Assembly (NCBI RefSeq): GCF_006345805.1
Contig: NC_043021.1
Location: forward strand, 25,978,001 to 26,042,000
From: Octopus sinensis
Lineage: Eukaryota
Direction: 5' to 3'
DNA length: 64,000 nt
Every line of letters starts with the position of its first letter. The stretch's first letter is position 1. Shown piece by piece: positions 25,061-37,510 of the stretch. A program made the position numbers and the translations under genes. Under the pieces are notes generated by a model. The model was not told the origin of the DNA and searched no databases. It saw only the letters and a program-made list of their open reading frames with translations.

Positions 25061-26789
25061 CTGAAAAAAAAAGGATATAAAAATCAACCAATTTAGCCCC
25101 AAAATCCTGGAGAGAGCAGGAAAAAATGTCCAGTGCCCTTGGCCACCTTAAAAGACAATCAAATGTTATTGTTATTAGCAGAAAGACAGATTAACAACAA
25201 ATATGTAAGACATCTCACTCCCTGCCTCACATGCTCTCATTACCTTACTCTCTTAATCCATGTATCTACTCTACAGTAAGACACCTACCCCTGTTTCTCT
25301 ATGTCTAATCTTTCATCAGCTAACACAAAGCCTTCGTCCCGTCACTGCTACCCACTGTTGGTGCTGGTGTCACATAAAATGCACCCAGCGGACACTCTGT
25401 CAAGTGGTTGGCATGTTAGGAAGGGCATCCAGCCATAGAAACCAAGTTGAAACAGGCACTAGAGCCTGGTGTCCCACCCCCACCAAACCGTCCAATCCAT
25501 GGAAAACAGACATTGAATAATGATGTTGACAACAATTAATTTTCAGCCAAGATTACAACCTTCTTCATATGTTTTTTGTTCTGGTTGTGGTGAAGATTTG
25601 AATGCTTATTGGACCAGTTCCATGAGGAGTCACACCTGTGTGAAACGGGGGTGCTAAGAGTGTTTATCACATGAAACTGCCATTCCTAACATATTTCGCC
25701 AAGGGAAAACTACAGGTACAACATCACCTTTTCAGAACCTTTGACTCGAAAGCCATCTGGATGACTGATTTTTCCAAACCAGGATTAGTCACCTCTAAAT
25801 TAAACAAATATCAAATTTAATTAAATAATTAAATGAAATCCTAGAATAAATGATACAAGTTTATTAATACTGAACTCTGGAAGATATCGTGAAACAGGGC
25901 TGCCCCAGTAAACTAATTGGGCAGCGACGGGAATTTGGATTTCTTGTTCATTAATTATTAGTGTGAATGACCAGTGTCCTGAAGGTTGCTGTTACATCTG
26001 TACAATAAAATTCATTAATTGCATGAATGATTGGATGTGTGACACAGCATACATGGAGGTAATTAACTTTTTAAGTGTTAATTAATATTAAACTGAATCT
26101 CTGTGGAATTGTACGAAAAAGAAGAAATATATTGATAGACATCAACCTCAGACTCTTATTTCATTGACTCCATGACTCGTTTGACTAATTATGATGAATT
26201 TTAACTAATTATTGGAAGACATTAAAATCTGTGTGTGATTTATAATAAATACTGAGGGATTGGAAACAACGATTGGAAACCAAATTCTTGCTTTTATTGT
26301 CAAAAAAATTTCACAAAACTTACTTTTCACTCATAAAAATTGCTTTTATTGATAATTTTATTTATTTATTCTCCAAAAGAAAAACGTTTTCACTTCTTTT
26401 TTTGATCAGAACGCTTATTTCTGACACAATATATACTTTCTTTTTCAAAGGGCCAAAGAGCCAGGAAATGAAGAAACATCAATATTTTGTAAGAATCATA
26501 AGCAATGAGACAAGATTGTAGTTGTTGACCATTTTATCCAGGACAAATGGCTGCAGCCAATTCTTCTGGACACTCCAAAATTATTGCAACATTTCATCTC
26601 CTGATGAAATGCAATGAACTGACAGAATCATTGGCACACTGGACAAAATGCTTGTCTTCGTGTTTTGAGTCCAAATTCTGCTGAGGTCGACTTTACCTTT
26701 CATCCCATTCAGGGTCGATAAAACAAGTACCAACCCTCCTCCGAAAGTGCTGGCCTTGTGCCATAATTTGAAATTGACATTTAGTTACC

Positions 26790-27170
26790 CCCTGACTCAA
26801 AACCTTCATAAGATAGGATGATGCATTCTCATATTGTCTGTGAATCCATGACAAAGATGACAAACCTTCAGATTTGATTTGGCCCCTTATTGATTCTGCT
26901 CCTTCTAAGAGCCCTGTCAATATTGCAATGGTTTCGCCACTTCCTTCATGAAGTTCCCTCAGGTTTGTCAATGGACAGTTCTCTTCCATGTCCTTCAACT
27001 AAGTCATCCAAATCCTCTTCATTTAGCCCCTGGCCCAAGTAATTCCAACTACAAATCTTCTGTTCTACATATTTCAATGTTTGCTCAGAATTCAAAGAAC
27101 GCTCTTGTTGTGGATTCCCTTATTAAATGCACAGCATCTGCCAGGCTGAACAGACTTCTGTTACCATATT
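26790..27170 (-). mobile_element. Possible pogo/Tigger transposase C-terminal remnant
   Basis: LGQGLNEEDLDDLVEGHGRELSID resembles the Tigger C-terminal GLEV.EEDI.ELVE.H..ELT motif (from memory). Confidence 0.4.
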
Positions 27171-27388
27171 TCTTTTAAAATACTTTGCCTTTAATCTTTC
27201 ATCTTCCATTTGTTCTAGTCACTGGACTGTGGCCATGCTGGGGCGCCACCTTCAGGAGTTTTAATCAAATGAATTGACCCCAGTACTTATTCTGTCCCTT
27301 TTGCTGACGTGAACAAATGAACCGTTTGTCAAGCAGTGGTAGGGGATAAACACAAAGGCACACACACACACACACACATGCACACGTA

Positions 27389-28638
27389 TTGGATCATTCC
27401 GTAAACAATGTGGTTTTTTATACTTCTCTTATTTTTCAAAATTAAGACAAAGTTCTTTTTTAATCTAAAATATACTCTCCTTCATTTTCTACAATGCTCT
27501 TCCATCTATCTGGTAGACTTGCAAGGCTCCTCTTCCAAAATTCATTTGTCCGTGATGAAAAATTCTCTTCCAGAACTGTTCTGACCTCATCTACAGAAGT
27601 CATATTTTTTCCATCCAAAAAGATTGTGGAATAAATGATAACCAGATGGGGCAATGTCCGGCAAATATGGTGGGTGGAGCATTGTTTCCCAATCAAACTG
27701 CTCCAGTGTTTGGAATGTCATCCTCACGGTATGTGGCCGAGCATTATCCTGATGGAAGAACACCTTTCATCTTGAAACCAAAGATGGTCATTTTTCTTCT
27801 AGCACTGACTTAAGCTGCTCACAGTAGATCTCCTTTGTTATTGTGTGGTTTGGGTTTAAAATTTCATGGTGGACTAAACCTTCCATATCCCACCAAACAG
27901 ATATAATGCCTTATGTGGGTGAAGACTTTCTTTAGCCTGGGGTGGCAGTATTTCTCCTTTCCCTACCCACTGTCTTCGGCACTTGACATTTTATAGAGAA
28001 CCCATTTCTCATCACCAATAACTATTCTGCCCAAAAAAGGTTCATTCATGAGACATGACAGCAAAGAAGGGCCCATATTCCCTCTCTGCAAGCAATTAGA
28101 CCCGGAAAGTTTGTGAGGAACCCACTGAGCCAATTTGCTGATTTTTCCAATGGCACACAGTCGTCGATGAATGGTTGAATGACCAAATCCAAGCTTTTGT
28201 GCTAGTTTCTCAACAGTTACAAGGGGATTGTTCCACCAGGGTTTGCAGGACGTCCTCGTTGAGCTCGACAGATCTTCCAGGACAAGACTTGTCTTCTAGG
28301 CTGCAGTTTTCAGCTCAGAATTTCTGGAACCACCATTGACACCAGCCTACACTTATTGACCAATCCCCATATACTGTATTAATATTCCTTGCATTTTCCA
28401 TTGTGTTGTGCCTTTATTGAACTCATAAGGCAAAATATGCCAAATATGCTCCTTTGTCATCTCCATTATAGCTTTGAAAAAATAACTGTTAAAATCGAAC
28501 TGCACTCTTCAAAACTTGCACTAAGAATAAGACCAAGGTAAAATTATTACCTGCTTTTATGGCAAGTTGATGCAGGCAATTTATCCTGTCCCCCTCTGAC
28601 AATTGAAAAAACCCCACATTATTTATGGGATGACCCAA
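27389..28638 (-). mobile_element. Full-length (1250 bp) mariner element with a dead transposase
   Basis: TA target duplication on both sides. TIRs TTGGATCATTCCGTAAACAATGTGG and (reverse complement) TTGGGTCATCCCATAAATAATGTGG. C-terminus FLDGKN.TSVDEV..LEE.FSSR..EFWKR...LPDRWKSIVENEGEYILD. Multiple stops and frameshifts. Confidence 0.9.
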
Positions 28639-31600
28639 TATATAAAATATAGAAACAACAAGCTTCTACACAGTTAAGCAGATCCACTCACAAGGCTTTG
28701 GTTGGCTTGGGATATATTAGTAGACTCTTGCCAAAGGTGCTATGCAGTGGGAATGAACCCAGAACCATGTGGTTGGGAAGCAAGCTTCTTAACCTCAGAA
28801 CCTTGTGTCTTTGAATATTTTTATTGATATTTGGGGTTAACTTCTCTTTTTCATTTTTTTTAATATTGTCAAGAACATCAAACAATTACTAAACAAACAT
28901 TTCAAATAATTCTTGAATAAGAGACAGTAATTAATTATTACCATTTGTTCTTTTATGACACATTAAAAACTAAGTTTCTCATTCGGGATGCTAATGTTTC
29001 TTATTTTTTATCTAGCATACAAGTTCCAGCATACAAGTCACCATATTATAGGGTGTAAACATTCAAATATCATTTCTATCTTTCCAAATCGTTTTGGTCT
29101 GTAAACCAATCTACCTTTTCTTGGCTGTGAATTTGGGTCTGAATAGTTGGAGTCATCTGCCAGAAAATGCAGAACAAGAAATGGTATTTCCTTTGCATGA
29201 AATCTTGTCATTGCTTTGTTTTATGCCAGTGTTTTGCACGAATTAGATAAATATATCATAGAAGTCTTGTTTTATGGCCAGACAACCTTTCTGATGCCAA
29301 CATCGTACTTGCTTTCGAAGTAAGGGATTTCTTATTTCACATCTTTGAAGGTTAGAGGATGATCTGCTGACTGAAGTGACAACACCAACAACAACAACAT
29401 TACTTGTAACAACTTTTTGTAGAGTGTTGAGGTAAATAAACACACAGACACATGCACATACACAGGTAGATTGTGAGAAAGAAACAGATTGATAGAGATA
29501 AACAGACAGACAGATAGATGCACAGGTAGATAGACAGATAGATAGATATACAGGTAGATGTGTCAGATTTCTTTAAGCTTTCATCTACAAAATCCACTCA
29601 CAAGATTTTCATCAACTTGGGGTTATAATCGAAGACACATACCAAAAGTACTGCAGAGTGGAACTGAACCTGTCCACTGAGCAGAACCTTCAGCAATTGC
29701 CAAACCAAGAATGTATTCCATCACAAATCCATAATAATTTGGGTTTAAAAACTAAATGTAAAAGAAATAGGAATGAATTTTTGTTTTAAATAACATTTAT
29801 GCATACGTAATTTTGATATAAATAATTTTATTAACAATAAGAATTTATAAATAATTGGGGGAGGATTTTCTCATTATTAAACAGAGGAGGCGTGGACTTT
29901 GCAAGCCATAATGAAGGCAATCCATATTAGGAAAGCAGAGAATTTGAATAAGAACTGATGAGGAGATTCTTTAGGCCCAACTGTTAACCTTTCTTGCGTT
30001 TGTGGCATGATTGAATATATTGGGTGCATGCAATGAGAGGTTTAGAGGTCGAATGGTATCCAGCCATTAAAAATAAAATATATTACAACCAGAAAGATTG
30101 GTAGTTTTTCACTGTTGCTGTTTGGATTTGGTGATGAAGGACAACAACCACAACAGCAGCAGCAACAACAAGTGATGAAATATTGAATGGTTAGCACAGG
30201 AGGGTGGGAGCACAAATGCAATGATGAGGATTTGTGTGTGTGTGTGTGTGTGTGTGTATTTTATCTTTTACTTGTTTCAGTCATGGGACTGTGGCCAGGC
30301 TGGGGTACTGCCTTGAAGGATTTATTTTGGCAGAAAAAAGGACAGTCATACTTAAATAGAATGTGAAAGACTCACTATTATTATTATTATTATTATTTAT
30401 AAAGGCATTATTATTATGATCTTTATTAAAAAAGGCAGCAAACTGGAAGAGTCATTATTGCACCAGACAAAATGCTTTGTGGCATTACTTTTGACTCTTT
30501 ACATTCTGAGTTCAAATCCTGCTGGGTCAATTTTATTGTTCATCTATTTTTTTTTTATTTGGGGTCGATAAAATAAACTACTGGGGGTCAATCAACTTGC
30601 CCTCTCTCCTCAGAATTGCTGGCCTTGTGCCAAAATTTAAAAGAAAATTATTTACAAAGGCAGTAGAGTGGTAGAAACACTGAGAGCTAATTTGATTTCT
30701 ATAGATTCTGAGTTCAAATCCCACCAGCATAAACAGTTTTTGCTTTCCCCCTTCTTCTCCTGACAATAAAACAAAAACAATTCAAAGAAATTTCACTGCA
30801 AAAATTGGTCAAACAACAAAAATAATTTTAAAAAAAACCAGAGTGTAAAAGTGTAATTTTTTAAAAAATATATGTTAAAAATAAGTTTTTTTTTATGAAA
30901 TATAACAATACAAACAAATTTTATAGAGGTCACTTTGGTCTGTTGTTTTTACATAAAGCAGACCAGAAAACAACAGAGGAACAGGTATTCTGTTATTTAA
31001 GGTAATTAACCAAAAATTTTAGAAGGTCGTTAAGCAGTTGTGAGGGAGAGATTCATCACAAAGGAAAATTATTGAAATAAAGCAGCAGTTTTGAATTCGA
31101 AGATAAAAAAAAAAATGCTTCTCCAAATTAAAAGAATCTTTCATATTGACAGAGTTAATGAAATTAAGAACCAGTTATAGGTGTATTTTAGACAGAACCT
31201 GTAACAGGCATTATTGTAATTTGGAAAGGTAAGGGGTTTATAAGTAAGGAAGAATTTAGCTGCTACATTTAGCAGGTTGAGCAACTTTATGGATGCTCTG
31301 TTATTAATGTTGTTGACCTTAGAGATCAGATGTGAGCAACCTTTATCAAGAAGCCACAATGAGACAGGTGCCTTCATCAGGCAAGACATAAAACAAACTC
31401 AAGTGCATTGGTCAGTGAAGACGTGCAGTTTGTCCATGACTGTGAGAGATGAAAGTCAGATACAGAGGAGTTACAGGGAGCTCTTGAGCCTCTATGTTAC
31501 CAAACTGACCTCTATAAGATATTTGGAATATTGTGGAGAATAATGAAATGGTAGAAACAGGAGAGCATCCAACAAAATGCCTTGTGTAGGAATTTAATTG

Positions 31601-31788
31601 AATTCCTTTTTACTTTTTCTGAGTTCAAATTCTGCTGGAGCTGATTTTACCTCTCAGCTACCTTGGGGTTAGATCAATAAAATAAATATCAGAAATATAA
31701 TTGAACAATTTAGTCAAAATGTTATCAATATAAATTAAAACAAGGCTGACACCTCTCTTGTCACACACCTCACCCTTAACACTGACAT

Positions 31789-32238
31789 TTAATAGGATGA
31801 GAGACCAAATAAAATAAAGCCTATTGTTATACAGATCTGGTCGCAAATTAAACGAATTTGGTTCCAAAAATGAACTTTCTTGTATTCAGTCCAGTAAGAG
31901 AGTCGAGAGTCAATAAACAGTGATATCAGCGCCATTAATATCGCCAAAGTAAAGAATGTCTTGCACTGGACTTGTTTCACACCAGAGAACAGCGACACAG
32001 AGCAAAGACCAAGCAAGATGTTCATAACAACATGAGACACATCAGACACAGGGAAATGGTAGATAAAAGCTTGGTAGAGCTCAGTATTATTATTGAGGGC
32101 AACTATAAGAGTTAAGCAGTAGATTCCAAGAACACTGTAAGATATTTGCTGCAGTTGTTTGCCTGAGTTTTTGTCAAATAAATATGCCAGTCCAATATAA
32201 ACTCCTGCACAAGCAAAATGGCGGGCACAAATCAATGT
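31789..32238 (-). CDS. TMEM101: Transmembrane protein 101, exon 3 (last coding exon)
   Basis: KQLQQISYSVLGIY...IDSRLSYWTEYKKVHFWNQIRLICDQICI resembles human RSLQSTGQVFLGIY...IDGNVAYWHNTRRVEFWNQMKLLGESVGI. Acceptor (T)nAG|ACA, phase 0. Stop at 31789-31791. Confidence 0.92.
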   Translation of the reverse strand, partial: TLICARHFACAGVYIGLAYLFDKNSGKQLQQISYSVLGIYCLTLIVALNNNTELYQAFIYHFPVSDVSHVVMNILLGLCSVSLFSGVKQVQCKTFFTLAILMALISLFIDSRLSYWTEYKKVHFWNQIRLICDQICITIGFILFGLSSY

Positions 32239-33028
32239 CTAAAAAAAAAAAAGAAAACAAAATATAATCATCATCATCATCGTTTAACATTCATTTTCCA
32301 TGCTAGCATGGATTGGACGGGCATAATAAATTAGTCAAATTAATTAAAACCCATGCAATAAAATAGTGTCTTTACTGAGTCTAAAGGAGAAAAACAACAG
32401 CTAGATGTGTCTGGGCATGACAGGCTTTTTTTGGTTTCTGTCTTCCAAATCCACTGACAAAGCTCAAGATTGGCCCAAGGTGCCACACAAGGGGACTGAA
32501 ACTGAAACCATGCAATTGGGAAAGAAGCATCTTACCACACAGCCAGAGCTGCATCTCTATTTACAACATTTCCCCCACAAAATAAATGTCAACAACAGAA
32601 TGACTGGGGGAAAACATTTACAAGAATATTGTCAGAGAATCATCCCTATCACAGCCAAGAGCATGGCACTAGACAAAGCGCTACAGTTTATATCTTATTA
32701 GTCTCTGGCCACAGCCAAGATAGTTCTCATTGGAAGTATGGGGTGTAACTATGTAAAGAGGAATACAGTGGCTACTTTGATTGTATAAAGTAGATACTGT
32801 TGCTGCCGACATATAAATCTCATCACTGGAAGCAAACCATAAAAGACAAGACTTTCCACTTATTTAATCCAAAAACTTGGAACCAAATAAGGTTTACTGC
32901 AGCATGAGGGTAATATCACATGACAAAAACTAGATTTCACACTTATAATATAAAATTGAAGGTGTATTTACAAATGATTGTTTTCTTGTTTTTCTTTTCT
33001 ATCAATTCCAAAATAGAAAAAAACTTAC

Positions 33029-33206
33029 CCGCAACCAATCACGGTCCATATTGCTGTTAGAATAAGAATTATAGGCAAAATACATTAACTGTCCAGCATA
33101 TATAAGAGGGACTGACTTTCCTCCTGAAAACCCAGACATCAAAGCTCCGCACACGAGAAACAAACCCAGGTGGATGTATATGACTTTCGGATTAATTGGC
33201 GGGTAG
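33029..33206 (-). CDS. TMEM101: Transmembrane protein 101, exon 2
   Basis: YPPINPKVIYIHLGLFLVCGALMSG...DRDWLR aligns to human VPYLYFDMGAAVLCASFMSFG...YGDWLK. TTGCAG acceptor and CGG|GTAAGT donor; 178 bp; phases are consistent with the neighbouring exons. Confidence 0.9.
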
Positions 33207-35237
33207 CTGCAAGGAAAGAAATAACAAGAGGTCAGCCAGGAAATATCACCATCATCATCATCATCACTTTAATGCCTCTCTTTTTCATGCTGGCATGGGT
33301 TTGAATGGCTTAAAGCATTGCAGATTACGGCTCTTTCCAGTTCTTTGGTCATCACATCTCTGAAGCCCAACACACTAAGTAATGACCCCCAATAGTTCTT
33401 CCTCTGCCTTTGGCACCTTCCTGTCAGCAGGTGTCATCCAGTCACATGATATCTCCATATCCACACAATCACTTCTCTTATCAACACAACACATTCTCCA
33501 GCCTCTCTCTCGCACCCCTTCAATATTAGCTGTTATAGTTATACGTCAAGAGCCTCCAACACTAACTTCCCCTTTCTTCAACATATTCCTGTAGAAATCC
33601 TCTGCCTTTGTTTCAATTCATTTTGAAAAAAAACAAGGAACTTGGCAAAATAACTTTGTCTTTATTAAGCTGACGTTTGGAACATAAATATACGGGAAAT
33701 TCTGATGGAAGCTTTCAATAAAAACCATTTTAAAAAGGAAGTTTGAACCCTAGAACCAGATCTGGTTTCAGGCAGTTTGGGGTCAAATGGATTAAATGAT
33801 CTGAGTCAGTAATTTATAAACTTATTTTGATGTGGAACCCATCACGTGATTTGCCAAAAGTCTTGGAATTCATCCCTATATTCACAGACAGCCCCCTACT
33901 GTTACCTTCAGACATTAAATGGAACAAAAATGGTTTTCAAGAAAAAATTTATTCATGTAAAAAGACATAATTCAAATTATGCAAAAGAAACAGCTCTTAA
34001 GTTGAAAAAAAATGATCAAAACAGTATACTTAACACAGTTTAAATGTCAGAAGCTATGGTTTTATAGGTGAGAAAAATCCCTTTAAAGACGTATAGTGTT
34101 AGAAAACACAACATACTTCAGAGCTGAGTAAAACAAAATTGCTCCATAAGTGATCACAAGAGTAACAAATACTGTATTTCACCATAGTTGCCGGTAATCA
34201 ACAGATAATAGTGATTTATTATTTTGAAAATAATGGCATTTATTTTATAAAATATTTCCATTCAGTTTCATTAACCAGCATTTTGTCTTTCAGAAGACCA
34301 GAATATTGTCTTTTTCTTTGATTTAGGCAAGAGAAACTCCGATCGTTTCTAACAAGCCATCTGATTTCCTTTCATGAGTTCTGCTACAATTAACCATTTC
34401 TGTACATCCTGCAGCGGTTGGACAATTTGACAGGATCCATTGTCTACAAGACCAGGATCCACACCAGATTCCATTGTCTACGTTGGCAATATTTCGACAC
34501 CTAGATGCCCTTTCTAATGCCAACCACTTTGCAGAGAACAACTTCAACTGTTTAAAAAACCCCAACAAAGTTCTAAACAAGCACGTGGTTAAGCTCGGTA
34601 TATCGAGTTACCTCCCTTAAGGTAAGAGACTGAAAACTGGTCTCGGGCCAAAATATTCCCCACCAAAAAAAATTACCGTAGTACAGAATCAACAAGTAAA
34701 AAAAAAAGGAAAAAAACAAAAAATCGTCCGCGGGCCGCAACAAATGATATTAAATCTGCATTCACGAATTTCGATTTCCTCGACAAATATGAGCAGTAAA
34801 TGCGTAAAGCGTGTAAATAGCATCTTCGCGAGCACCGCACCCTTTCGTTGACACATTATGACAGACCTCTTCTCCTTACGCTTTCTCTAAACCCATATTT
34901 GGCGAAAAGACGAAATAAAGACGTCAAGTGAAACCTAATCCATAATTTCAATATTTCTCATAATTTATAACAAAAAATAGTTTGAAAGAAGTATTTTTAA
35001 ATGCATAGATCGATAATATAAAGGAGATGAGTGATTAGTTTGTTCTTAGATTCGTTATAATGTATTGTTGGCAGGAATTGTTTCAAACTTTAACAGAGAC
35101 GAGTCTCACAAACCGTTAGAAGTAGAGACAACGAGATCACTCGATCTGCCACAACAACAACAGCAAGCAAATACAAAACTACCATCTTAAAACAAAGAAC
35201 GATGAGTTATACATAGTCCTAAACATATAGCATACAT

Positions 35238-35281
<44 letters not shown>

Positions 35282-35429
35282 CAAGATAGTCGTGATTAGA
35301 ATGCTCGTTCAGGGCTGACTGGGGGCCAAACTACAACAACAGCCATATAGAAGTAAATAAAGTTATTCGAACAGAGGCTTTATAGAATATAACAAAAAAT
35401 AAAAAAGGTTGTTTGAATATATTTCTTAC

Positions 35430-35548
35430 CTCTCGTGGACAGCCAATTCTCCGAGAAGCATCAACAAAGTAATGGCATTTAAGAATGGAAACCGGGAGAG
35501 AATGAAAAAACAAACTTTCACAGATCGTCTCTTCCAAGTTTGTAACAT
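35430..35548 (-). CDS. TMEM101: Transmembrane protein 101, exon 1 (ATG at 35548)
   Basis: MLQTWKRRSVKVCFFILSRFPFLNAITLLMLLGELAVHE resembles human ...VLLTRCPFWGCFSQLMLYAERA. Donor AG|GTAAGA, phase 2. The three exons total 747 nt, giving 248 aa plus stop. Confidence 0.88.
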
Positions 35549-36561
35549 GGTTCACGCCTTCGCCAGACAGACACACTTTATCAAAAGGCTATTGTGGGCC
35601 TTAAATGCCCTCCACTTACAGTCTCTTCTTTTAAGCAAGTGTCTTCAATTTCTTCTTCTATTTATGTTGTGTAATTACTCGGCAGACACCAGGCAATCTG
35701 CTCACACAGCCACAAACACAACACATACGCAAGGCTTCGCGTTACAGGAAAATGGTTTGTGTCAGATATTACAAGGGAGGTAACTCTCCCTGTCAGAGTT
35801 TCTGCAGTGGGAATTAAAATCCTTAATTAGCAACTATTTACATTCGTAATCCTTTCCACTATAGTCACAACGCCTGAAGTTTGGGAGAAGGGACTTATCG
35901 ATTACATCGACCCCAGTGCTCAACTGGTACTTATTTTATCGATTCCCGCAAGGTGAAAGGCAAAGTCGACCTCGGCGATATTTGAACTCAGAACGTAAAG
36001 CCATAAAAAATGCCGCTGCGTATTGACGACGAGTCTGCCTTGTTCCACTTGTAATCCACGTCTTTTATTCTGATCCCATTCACTTCACATCAATATAGGA
36101 ATACACACGATGGGAATACAAATTGACCCTAATATCTAGCTGGTGTTTTATTAACCCAACCGAGATATGAAATATAATACTGACTCGTGGGATTTTAACT
36201 CCCAATGTAAAGGACCGTGATTAAAAACTGTTTGGGATTCTGTCAAACTCTTCTAACGATCTTGCTAGTCATCGGTTGAAATACTAACCCCAACTGGTTT
36301 ACCACGGGTCATTAAACAAAGAAGCATTTGCTTAGAGCCTCACGATTTATCGGAAATTTAAAAACTTTCTTTCCATGAATATGTGATGTTACATGCAAAA
36401 AAGTTCTTTGTTTCATTTATCTATATTTGTTTAGCGAACAATAAAATTCGGTCCTGAAAAAAACCCAGAACAAATATCTTATTTTTGCGGAGGCTTCAAA
36501 TGAATTAATGTTTAATGAAGAGCAATTACTGCTACCAATGTTTTATATTAATACAAATTTT

Positions 36562-36968
36562 GGATCTTTTCAGTTTGACCGGCAGTTTTTAAAAATAATT
36601 TCCACGTAACTAAACACTTTTAAACTTCGTATACTGGTAGAATGTGTTTATAAAACATCTTTTTCTCTTAGCTTTATTGAGAAAATTCTATGGTTTGTAA
36701 GATATTTGTTGTTTGTTTTTTTTTTCCAATTTCAACCAATCAATGACGTCTATTGAGGTGAAAACATTCTGTGCCGTATGAATATGTCCCCCATTTAAGA
36801 AACAGATTGGGTTTATTTACATTTCTGAAGAAAAAAAAGATACCCTTCCCCGCACCCCTAACCCTAAAATAGATTGAAATGCAATAGATCGATACTAGGG
36901 TCATAATTATGGATGACAATTTCATATGACACTGCTAGAAAAAACTGCCGTTCAAACCGAAAAGATCC
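36562..36968. mobile_element. MITE with 29-bp TIRs and a perfect 8-bp TSD (Merlin-like)
   Basis: TIRs GGATCTTTTCAGTTTGACCGGCAGTTTTT and (reverse complement) GGATCTTTTCGGTTTGAACGGCAGTTTTT. TSD CAAATTTT at 36554-36561 and 36969-36976. Confidence 0.8.
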
Positions 36969-37510
36969 CAAATTTTTAAAAATTAGATCTCGTAAGTAAG
37001 ACCAAAGAAAATAAACAAACAAATAGATAAGTTTCTGCCAGCGTGATATTTTAAACAGCAAATGTTTTCACTTGAATGAATAGAGCGACATAACTAAGGT
37101 TGTTATATCAGACACGGGGAACTTTTATCAAGAAGCAGTCCATGTGAGAGATGGCTTGTCATCGAGTAGACTGCACTACTAAACAAGTTTAAGATAATTT
37201 TTCAATGTTGCACCATTCAGAAAGTCCCACAGGCCGGATGTTGCCCCAAATTGGTTTACATGTATTATTGATTCTAAGAAAGTAGAGGTTTACAAAAATA
37301 TTGACGTGTCTTTTGAGGAAAGCAGGTAAACCAGGTGGCACCCCATTTACCCAGAAGCCACGTAAACCTGCTTATTCGCGCGAGTTAAACTCTTCGTAGC
37401 ATGTCAGATCTTACAAAACACTTATTCTTCACATGAAAAGAATTAAAAACTACGAGGGATTTGAAGAAAACTATCTTTAACAGTGGAACTGAAAGTAAAT
37501 ACTACAATTA

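Noticed and set aside
34700-34860. Alternative TMEM101 first exon (MCQRKGAVLAKMLFTRF...)
   Set aside because: No phase-2 donor was found, and 35430-35548 fits the human N-terminus and splice phase much better.
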